Positions 49,170 to 56,093 of a stretch of DNA of 64,000 nt are shown piece by piece. Every line of letters begins with the position of its first letter. The first letter of the stretch is position 1. The position numbers were made by a program, and so were the translations under genes. The DNA comes from a virus, in IMG/VR virus record IMGVR_UViG_3300031963_014654, positions 6,502 to 70,501 of that record; one strand, 5' to 3'. Below the pieces are notes generated by a model that was not told the DNA's origin, made no database searches, and saw only the letters and a program-made list of their open reading frames with translations.

Positions 49170-49871
49170 CTACACTACTGCTAAAATTGAACTTTCGATT
49201 ATTTCTTGACATAATTCTTTTGGTATTTTTGAACGGTTAAAACTTCCTTTTTTGCCTTGCGTTCCTGTTTTCGATCCTCTTGGTGCAGGTTGATGATGAC
49301 AATTTTTGTTTCCGTTGTGGCACATTGGTCTTGGTTGCCATACTTCGCTATTTGTCCATATATCCGTTGGCTTTGCTCTATCGTCGCCATAAGTACAATA
49401 CCAAACCGTATGCCTTTTAAATCTTTGCATAAATGGCATTTTACGCATCATTCCTCTTGGGTTTTCAATAAAGAATACCATTTTAGGATTAATCAAAAGC
49501 CATTCATCGATTAGGCTAATAAAGTGTTGGTTTACTGCATCGCATTTTTTAGCGTATTCGCTTTTTGGATCTGTTCCATTTCGGTGTGTGCTTATTGCTG
49601 CAATAGTGTAAGTTGTGCAATCAGGAGAAGCCCAAACAACATCTGGAATAAATGGCACATCTTTAGTTTGTAATTCTTCAATATCAATGGCTAAATCTAT
49701 TTTATCAAACTTTTGCCAATCAATACTAAAAACATTCATCCCTTTTGCTTCGGCTACACTTCCAACGGATCGAGAACCAGCGAATAATTCTACTAAATTA
49801 CCCGTGCCATCTGCTAACATCGGTTTGGCAAAATTGCCGTTTGGTGCTTCTATTGAACTTTTATCTATCAT
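49170..49871 (-). CDS. C5-type DNA methyltransferase, divergent (cassette 2)
   Basis: ELFAGSRS, VWASPDCT, FIENP, YCTYG..KPTDIW, RSKIP. Confidence 0.8.
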   Translation of the reverse strand: MIDKSSIEAPNGNFAKPMLADGTGNLVELFAGSRSVGSVAEAKGMNVFSIDWQKFDKIDLAIDIEELQTKDVPFIPDVVWASPDCTTYTIAAISTHRNGTDPKSEYAKKCDAVNQHFISLIDEWLLINPKMVFFIENPRGMMRKMPFMQRFKRHTVWYCTYGDDRAKPTDIWTNSEVWQPRPMCHNGNKNCHHQPAPRGSKTGTQGKKGSFNRSKIPKELCQEIIESSILAVV

Positions 49872-49938
49872 TTGAACATTTGTTTTTTAATTAAACTTTT
49901 GGGAACGGCAACTTCGCCAAGCCGATAACCGTTATGTG
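49811..49938 (+). repeat. attC-like site 2
   Basis: CTGCTAAC + 23-bp arms atcggtttggcaaaattgccgtt/aacggcaacttcgccaagccgat + aaccGTTATGTG. Confidence 0.8.
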
Positions 49939-49942
49939 CCAT

Positions 49943-50467
49943 TTAAAGAGCGACACTACTCTCAACTTCATTGCCCCAAACATCCCAACCATCGGGTTTT
50001 ATTCGGGCAAATAGTTCAATCCTGTCTTTTCCGAAAATCTCTATCATCTCTCTTATCTCTTTTGGTTTTTCTGAATGTCTTAATTTTTTTGAACTTATCT
50101 GAATAAGTGTTGGTATAGTTTTCCGTTTTGGGAATTTAGGTAAATTACCTTTTCTGCCAACTAATAGAAATTCAGTTCTGTGATGGAATCCGTATAAGCA
50201 CAATCCATTCATTTTATCCCAAGTAATAGTTCTTTGATAGTTAAATCCCCATTCTTCCATAACTTCAAATGCTTGTCTTAAATATCCTTGTGTTGTCCAC
50301 AAAAACAAAATACTATCATCTTTTGCCAACATTTCCACATTCAAATTTTTTATATCCTCTATTTTCATCATCGGATATGAATGTTCTATCTGATTTGGTC
50401 TTGTTTTTCTTTTAAACATTTTTACATCCCAAGCAGGGTCGGCATATATTACATCGTATTTCTTCAT
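49943..50467 (-). CDS. MT-A70-family adenine methyltransferase (cassette 3)
   Basis: YDVIYADPAW, LFLWTT, WGF.Y, TEFLL, HSEKP, IELFAR, GWDVWGNE. Confidence 0.9.
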   Translation of the reverse strand: MKKYDVIYADPAWDVKMFKRKTRPNQIEHSYPMMKIEDIKNLNVEMLAKDDSILFLWTTQGYLRQAFEVMEEWGFNYQRTITWDKMNGLCLYGFHHRTEFLLVGRKGNLPKFPKRKTIPTLIQISSKKLRHSEKPKEIREMIEIFGKDRIELFARIKPDGWDVWGNEVESSVAL

Positions 50468-50497
50468 ATTTCTAAATTAAATTCGTAAATAAAAAAC

Positions 50498-50595
50498 GGC
50501 ACATAACACGGTATATAAGCAAGTTTGCCATTAAGTTTGTGGGTAATTTGAAACATTCTGCAAGGCAAACCTGCTCATATACCCATCCGTTATAT
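50498..50595 (+). repeat. attC-like site 3
   Basis: GGCACATAAC + 20-bp arms ggtatataagcaagtttgcc/ggcaaacctgctcatatacc + catccGTTATAT. Confidence 0.8.
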
Positions 50596-51009
50596 CCCCT
50601 TAATCAAATCGGCTACATTTTTCCAATCATTTGGTGATGCTGTGCTTTTGTTTTTATATAATTGGCGCAATACATTTAAAGTGTTATTAACCCTATCTTT
50701 TTTGGTATTATTGCTTTCATTATTTTTAACAGGCAAATTATCTGTTAAATCCCATTCTATGCAAATTCTACCGGTAACGCTGCATTTCTTTTCACCTTTT
50801 TCATAAATAACGCCTAATTCTCTTAACTCTGTGAACCTTGCTCTTGCTTGTGAAAAAATATTTTTCGAATTTAAACTATTTTGCATTGCCTCCGAACTTG
50901 TGCAAGGAGCATGTTGATATATCAATTCATAAACTTCTAGCCTGCGTTTTGTAAGCAAACCTTCGTTTTTTATTTGATTGTAACAATCAATGGATGTTTG
51001 TCTTGCCAT
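50590..51009 (-). CDS. Winged-helix-like DNA-binding protein
   Basis: VYELI..PCTSSE..RARFTELRELGVI....KC.VTGR. Confidence 0.6.
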   Translation of the reverse strand: MARQTSIDCYNQIKNEGLLTKRRLEVYELIYQHAPCTSSEAMQNSLNSKNIFSQARARFTELRELGVIYEKGEKKCSVTGRICIEWDLTDNLPVKNNESNNTKKDRVNNTLNVLRQLYKNKSTASPNDWKNVADLIKGI

Positions 51010-51013
51010 TTTT

Positions 51014-51313
51014 TTATTTATTTTGATTGTTATTTTTCATTTCGGCCATTTCGTTAAGTTTTTGCTGGAACTTACTTACTTTTAATACCTTTTTTGGCGT
51101 TTCTGTGGCTGCAGGTTCATTTTCTTGTTCCTGGTTAATTTTCCATACATAGTATGTTTTAAAATCGCTATCGGAAGTATTTAGTATGTTGCACCAAAAT
51201 TGAGCAATCCATTTGAACTTGAATTTTGTTGGATTGTGATTTTTGGGCTTACAAAACAACCAAAAACGTACTGATCCGTATGTGAATATTCCGTTGTATT
51301 TTATTATGTGCAT
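51014..51313 (-). CDS. Hypothetical protein
   Basis: 99-aa ORF. Confidence 0.5.
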   Translation of the reverse strand: MHIIKYNGIFTYGSVRFWLFCKPKNHNPTKFKFKWIAQFWCNILNTSDSDFKTYYVWKINQEQENEPAATETPKKVLKVSKFQQKLNEMAEMKNNNQNK

Positions 51314-51331
51314 ATTTTACAATTTTTATAT

Positions 51332-51460
51332 AAAAACAAAGCATCCCGAAACGGCTAGGTAAACAATAGTGGAAATGGGAAACCACACATGAAAACCATC
51401 GCCAATTTCGGGATGCTTCTTATTTCGTTACAGTTCAAATTTCCCATTTTTTGAATGTTT
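51332..51460 (-). ncRNA. Structured leader RNA or attenuator candidate containing a 30-codon ORF (51355..51447)
   Basis: 13-bp perfect inverted repeat aagcatcccgaaa/tttcgggatgctt around 54 nt, followed by a T-rich tract; directly downstream of promoter 51469-51499. Confidence 0.45.
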
Positions 51461-51468
51461 AACCGTGG

Positions 51469-51499
51469 CAAATATAATGGTTTATTTTATACTTGCAAA
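51469..51499 (-). promoter_or_regulatory. Bacteroidota-type -33/-7 promoter
   Basis: TTTG-N19-TATATTTG. Confidence 0.75.
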
Positions 51500-51661
51500 T
51501 TTATTTTATAAACACTTATGCCATGCCCGATTTTTTCAAATCAAGCTCATACTGCAATTTGCGGTATTTGTGGCCTTGGTGTATATTCCAAATGCTTAAT
51601 GCAAAAAATGCTACTGTTAGCAATGTAATTGCTGTTTGCATTCGTTTATGTTCGAGTAAAT

Positions 51662-51901
51662 TTACCATCTTTTTGCTGGGCAATATTGTTTTTTTAATGT
51701 TTGCTTTTCACTTAATATACAACCACATAATTTTATTACTTTGCCATTGTAATTAACATAGTTACCTGTTATTGGTGTTCCGCACCATTTACCATTTTTG
51801 AAGCTACATGTATTGCATTGTGCTTTACGAAAATTAATAACGGCTTGACTTGCTAATTCATCATTAGTAAGTACTTTAACTATGTTGGCTATTGTTCCCA
51901 T
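51662..51901 (-). CDS. Small Cys-rich protein
   Basis: R..QCNTC..CG..CGC.L..K......CP..RW. Confidence 0.65.
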   Translation of the reverse strand: MGTIANIVKVLTNDELASQAVINFRKAQCNTCSFKNGKWCGTPITGNYVNYNGKVIKLCGCILSEKQTLKKQYCPAKRW

Positions 51902-52133
51902 TGCGGCTTTTCTTTTCGGCTTTGCGTTTGCTTAAATAGCTAAATAACGATGCAACAGCAACACTACTACCTGCCAACAGTCCTACATCTTTAATTATTA
52001 CGCCAATAAATTCGGCAACTTCAGTTGATTCGGGAATATTTATCATAGCAATTAAGCCTGTGGTAATTGAACTTAACAATCCAGATACTCCAGGATGCTC
52101 AATTATTGCATTGGCAAGTTGTTTAAAAATCAT
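51876..52133 (-). CDS. Two-TM membrane protein (holin-like)
   Basis: Likely start MIFKQL at 52133; two hydrophobic helices and a basic tail. Confidence 0.55.
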   Translation of the reverse strand: MIFKQLANAIIEHPGVSGLLSSITTGLIAMINIPESTEVAEFIGVIIKDVGLLAGSSVAVASLFSYLSKRKAEKKSRNGNNSQHS

Positions 52134-52154
52134 ATTTTTGTTTTGCGTTTGATG

Positions 52155-52186
52155 CAAAGTTAAGTATTTTTTTATTTGTTTACAAA
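52155..52186 (-). promoter_or_regulatory. Bacteroidota-type -33/-7 promoter
   Basis: TTTG-N20-TAACTTTG. Confidence 0.7.
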
Positions 52187-52492
52187 TATTTCGTAAATGG
52201 GCACCAAATCAACAGATAATTTGTTTTCGTCATTTATTTTTTTTAACCCTTCGCGAATTTCGTTTAATTCTAATTCACTAAATTCTATTAAAAAAGTTGC
52301 TTTTGATCCTTTTTCGTTCCATCTTAATTGTGGTCCAAATTCAGTTATTTCAAAATCTTTTAATTCTTTTTGTGTTAATTGGCATTTTTTTGTAATGTCT
52401 TTATTGATAATCATTTGTGAGTAATTACCTTCTTTTTTCAATACGCCTGGAATCATTAAACGATCCAACAATGTTAATTTGATTTTTTTCAT
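52172..52492 (-). CDS. Hypothetical protein
   Basis: 106-aa ORF. Confidence 0.6.
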   Translation of the reverse strand: MKKIKLTLLDRLMIPGVLKKEGNYSQMIINKDITKKCQLTQKELKDFEITEFGPQLRWNEKGSKATFLIEFSELELNEIREGLKKINDENKLSVDLVPIYEIFVNK

Positions 52493-52515
52493 TTTTTTTG
52501 GTTTTTTATTTATAA

Positions 52516-52734
52516 TTAATAATTTTTAAAACTATCTTCTTTTTCTTCCATATTAGCCCACTCTATTCCTTTTTCCTTTATTTTACCGGTTTGTTTTTCA
52601 ATAGATATGGATTCATCAATTTTTTTATTGAGCTTGTTTTCTTCCAACCAATCCTCAAGATGCTTTTCGTTTTCAAACAATTGGCTCCCATTCATTCCTT
52701 CTGGTGGATTTGGTATTGTTAATAGTATTTTCAT
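52516..52734 (-). CDS. Hypothetical protein
   Basis: 72-aa ORF. Confidence 0.5.
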   Translation of the reverse strand: MKILLTIPNPPEGMNGSQLFENEKHLEDWLEENKLNKKIDESISIEKQTGKIKEKGIEWANMEEKEDSFKNY

Positions 52735-52736
52735 TG

Positions 52737-53303
52737 TTATTTTTTAGTTAAAATAAAATGTAAATCATCAACTACATTCCAATAATGACTGCCTGCAAAT
52801 TGCTTTGCCTCTAATGATCGTGCAACCCAATTACCATTAACTGCTTCGCCAACAACATAATCAAAATCGCATTTAACATTGTAATGGTCTAATTTATTTA
52901 CTTCTCTCCATGCTTTGTTAAAATACAATACAGTTTGTGCTGGAATAAATCTACGATGTGTTGGATCTTGAAATGCTCTTGTACTTGTACAGTTTGGGAA
53001 AATTAATGTTACTTTGCCTCCTGGTTTTAAAATTCGGTAGCATTCATCAATAAATGCAAATAGTTTATCTTTTCCATTTATAAACTCCATGGGAATATGT
53101 TCAATAAAATGTGATGAAAATATTTCATCTACCGTATTATCTTCGAATGGATAAGGGAAGTTGTTAAACAAATCGTGTTTAATATCACAATCGCCTGCTA
53201 TATCAACGCCAATAAATCCTGGTTGCTTGTTTTGGCCACATGCTAAATCAACTCTTAATGGACCTTCTGGTTGTACTGTTTTAATGCTTTTTTTCTTTGT
53301 CAT
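52737..53303 (-). CDS. SAM-dependent methyltransferase (type 11-like)
   Basis: VDLACG, GVD, PFEDNTVDEI.SSHFIEH, ECYRILKPGG, DPTH. Confidence 0.9.
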   Translation of the reverse strand: MTKKKSIKTVQPEGPLRVDLACGQNKQPGFIGVDIAGDCDIKHDLFNNFPYPFEDNTVDEIFSSHFIEHIPMEFINGKDKLFAFIDECYRILKPGGKVTLIFPNCTSTRAFQDPTHRRFIPAQTVLYFNKAWREVNKLDHYNVKCDFDYVVGEAVNGNWVARSLEAKQFAGSHYWNVVDDLHFILTKK

Positions 53304-53315
53304 ATTTTTTTATTT

Positions 53316-54029
53316 TTACCAAGTTATATCTGAATTTAAGTCATAATGACCTACTTTAACCGAACAATCTATTGCGCAACGGTATCCATGTTTTCGAGCA
53401 TCGGCCCAAAAATATAAATCTTGCGTTCCAATACCTTGCCCTTCAATGCCTGTTAATGTTTTGAACCATGGCCTTCTTAGGTTTGAATCTTTAAACATTG
53501 ATATTCTCCATAAATTAAAGCCCATGCCTGTTCCGCAGCATTCAACTAATCCGCCATTAATATCTGGTGGTTGTGGTCTAAAATTTATGTTTGGATCTTT
53601 TGCATCGCCCCATATTTGTGGCACGCCTCCTTCTCCTTTGGTCCAATACAATCCTCCAATACATGATAAATGTGGATTTTTTTCCATTGCTTGTATTAAT
53701 CGAAGTAAACCATCTGCAGGTGGAATATTATCATGTTCAATTGTTAGTATGTATTCCCATTGCGATAATTCTGGATGTGATAATACTTGCTCTATTGCAG
53801 ATGAAAATGCCTCGCCTACTTCCAATCCAATAGCAGCCATTTTAAATGAACCGTTGTTTGGTGGAAACATTAATGAGCAATGCGATAAATAAACTTTTGT
53901 TGGAATTGTTTTTGCGGCTGGAATAATCATTACAACACGTTGTTGTTTCCATGAACCGCCTTCAATTATTCTTTTTTGTGAATTAACAAGATTTTGATTG
54001 TGAATCCCACTTTCTATTCCTACTATCAT
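53316..54029 (-). CDS. Glycosyltransferase (GT2-like)
   Basis: YILTIEHDN, IGGLY, GMGFNL..F, PWF, QDLYF, VKVGH. Confidence 0.75.
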   Translation of the reverse strand: MIVGIESGIHNQNLVNSQKRIIEGGSWKQQRVVMIIPAAKTIPTKVYLSHCSLMFPPNNGSFKMAAIGLEVGEAFSSAIEQVLSHPELSQWEYILTIEHDNIPPADGLLRLIQAMEKNPHLSCIGGLYWTKGEGGVPQIWGDAKDPNINFRPQPPDINGGLVECCGTGMGFNLWRISMFKDSNLRRPWFKTLTGIEGQGIGTQDLYFWADARKHGYRCAIDCSVKVGHYDLNSDITW

Positions 54030-54049
54030 ATTTCATTTTTTTATAATCG

Positions 54050-54081
54050 CAAATATATAGTATTATTTTTTATCCAACAAA
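54050..54081 (-). promoter_or_regulatory. Bacteroidota-type -33/-7 promoter
   Basis: TTTG-N20-TATATTTG. Confidence 0.7.
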
Positions 54082-54082
54082 A

Positions 54083-56092
54083 TTATCTTGATATAAATGT
54101 CATCATAGGCATAACTGTTGCTGTCATACCCATTGCTGTTATGTTTACAGCACTTGGTAGTTGTGAACCACCATAAGCAGCCGAACCTGTTGATGTTGCA
54201 ACGCCCCAAGGAATTTTAACTAAAGTGTTTGCTGTTCCTGTGTAAGCTGCGGTACTTGAACCTAATCCCCCTGCACTTACAGGTGCCGCCATTACATTAC
54301 CACCTAACGCAAAAGCCATTCCACCGTTGGCGCTTGATGAACTTTGTCTTTGATGAATACCCACCCAATAAATCCCTTCACTCATACTCATAGTGTTGCC
54401 AAAACCAAAACTCATAATTCTATTACCTGCTGTACCAAATAAAGATTGTGCTTGTGCTGTTGTGGTTGCATTAAAGTTAGAATATGTGTATCCTCCTGCT
54501 GTTCTATAAGACGCTGGACAATTTATAGTAAAACTTACAGAACTACCTGTTAAACCAACCGAATAAGAACTTGAACTAATAAGGCTTAATGTTCCTGCAT
54601 TATTTGAAAATAGACCAAATTGATGTGTAACAGTATGGCTAAATGCAACCGATGAACTAACAACCGAAGCTGTCATTAATTGTTCTAATTGATTAAATTC
54701 AATAGGTTCCAATAATAAAACAGGGAAATACCATGCAGATGCACTTGTTACTCCTTGCGCCCCTAAAGTTTGCACCCCTGTTGATGCAGGATAGTAAGGG
54801 ATATGAGTTTTTATTGGTTGTTTATCTACTGTTAAAGTAATACTATTCCCATTTATAGATTGGCTCATTCTTATCCCATCCTCTCCAACAAAAACGATTT
54901 GACCACCTGCACCAGCTACCGTTCCTGTTGTTCCTGCTGTATTTCCAAATGTAGAAACACCAACATTTATAGCATTAAATGATGCCGTAATTGTTGATCC
55001 GCTTAATCCAAAGGATAAATTATTTGAATTGGCAAAAGATACATTTGCAAGTGCTGCATTTGTTGATCCTGCACTAAATGTTACATTTCCTGCTGCTGCA
55101 TTTGGTGCGTCAATAACAACACTTCCATTGCTTACTCCAACTGATACTGCACCTTGCCCTTTGAATATAAGATTACTTAATGCAATTGTTCCAGATGAAC
55201 TATTTGTAGTATTGCTTGTTGCGTATGCTGTAAGTTGTGTTAATCCGCCACCTGCTGCAACTGATATGGCTAATCCATTGCTATTTAATGTAACGCTTGC
55301 ATTTGTAGCACTTGTTCCTGTGCCTGCATAACCTGCTGCATTAATAGAAATTCCACTACTATTTACAGTCCATGTTACATTGGTTTGGGCTGTATTTAAA
55401 CCAACTCCATCATTTGATGCACGTGCTGTTGTTAAATAGTTTGTTTGTACGCTTGCTGTTACAATTCCATTTGTTTCTAATCCAAATGTTACACCATTTA
55501 AGTTTGAAAAAGTTACATCCGACCTGTTGGAAGATAATGTGCCTGCACTTACTTTTATTGCTGATAATAATCCATTTGTTGTAACAGGAGCAGCTACCGA
55601 AACAGCTAATCCATTGCTATTTAATGTAACGCTTGCATTTGTAGCACTTGTTCCTGTGCCTGCATAACCTGCTGCATTAATAGAAATTCCGCTACTATTT
55701 ACAGTCCATGTTACATTTGTTTGGGCTGTATTTAAACCAACTGCAGGTTGTGTGCTTTGTTGTGTTATACCATTGTGCGATGCTGTAATAACAGAACTAT
55801 TGCTCATTCCAAATGTGATTCCATTTTGGTTTGAAAATAATACAGAATTTGTGCTTCCTGCTGTTTGTGTTCCTGCTATTAATATATTTCCACCATCACC
55901 TGCACCACCAGCATTAGCCGATAATACAATTGTGGAACCTGTAATGGATGCTGTTAAATTACCTGCAGCGGATAAATAAATATCACCACCGGTAATTGAT
56001 GTTCCACCTGCTGTATTTCCTGTAAGTAAAATACTTTGCACCATTTGCACGCTTTGCGATGCCTGTATGTTTCCAAATTCTGATAGTGCCAT
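54083..56092 (-). CDS. Fibre/spike structural protein
   Basis: 669 aa, very rich in S/T/G/N/A; repeated F.N.NG.TFG...TAS units. Confidence 0.7.
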   Translation of the reverse strand: MALSEFGNIQASQSVQMVQSILLTGNTAGGTSITGGDIYLSAAGNLTASITGSTIVLSANAGGAGDGGNILIAGTQTAGSTNSVLFSNQNGITFGMSNSSVITASHNGITQQSTQPAVGLNTAQTNVTWTVNSSGISINAAGYAGTGTSATNASVTLNSNGLAVSVAAPVTTNGLLSAIKVSAGTLSSNRSDVTFSNLNGVTFGLETNGIVTASVQTNYLTTARASNDGVGLNTAQTNVTWTVNSSGISINAAGYAGTGTSATNASVTLNSNGLAISVAAGGGLTQLTAYATSNTTNSSSGTIALSNLIFKGQGAVSVGVSNGSVVIDAPNAAAGNVTFSAGSTNAALANVSFANSNNLSFGLSGSTITASFNAINVGVSTFGNTAGTTGTVAGAGGQIVFVGEDGIRMSQSINGNSITLTVDKQPIKTHIPYYPASTGVQTLGAQGVTSASAWYFPVLLLEPIEFNQLEQLMTASVVSSSVAFSHTVTHQFGLFSNNAGTLSLISSSSYSVGLTGSSVSFTINCPASYRTAGGYTYSNFNATTTAQAQSLFGTAGNRIMSFGFGNTMSMSEGIYWVGIHQRQSSSSANGGMAFALGGNVMAAPVSAGGLGSSTAAYTGTANTLVKIPWGVATSTGSAAYGGSQLPSAVNITAMGMTATVMPMMTFISR
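55269..55742. repeat. 138-bp internal direct repeat in the fibre gene
   Basis: 55269-55406 vs 55605-55742, 2 mismatches; encodes GLNTAQTNVTWTVNSSG..LNSNGLA. Confidence 0.9.
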
Positions 56093-56093
56093 G

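Noticed and set aside
49107-50595. Reading the three hairpins as simple terminators, REP elements or a CRISPR array
   Set aside because: No U-tracts, arms differ in sequence, spacing is gene-sized, and the cassette-end complementarity is explained only by circular-cassette integration
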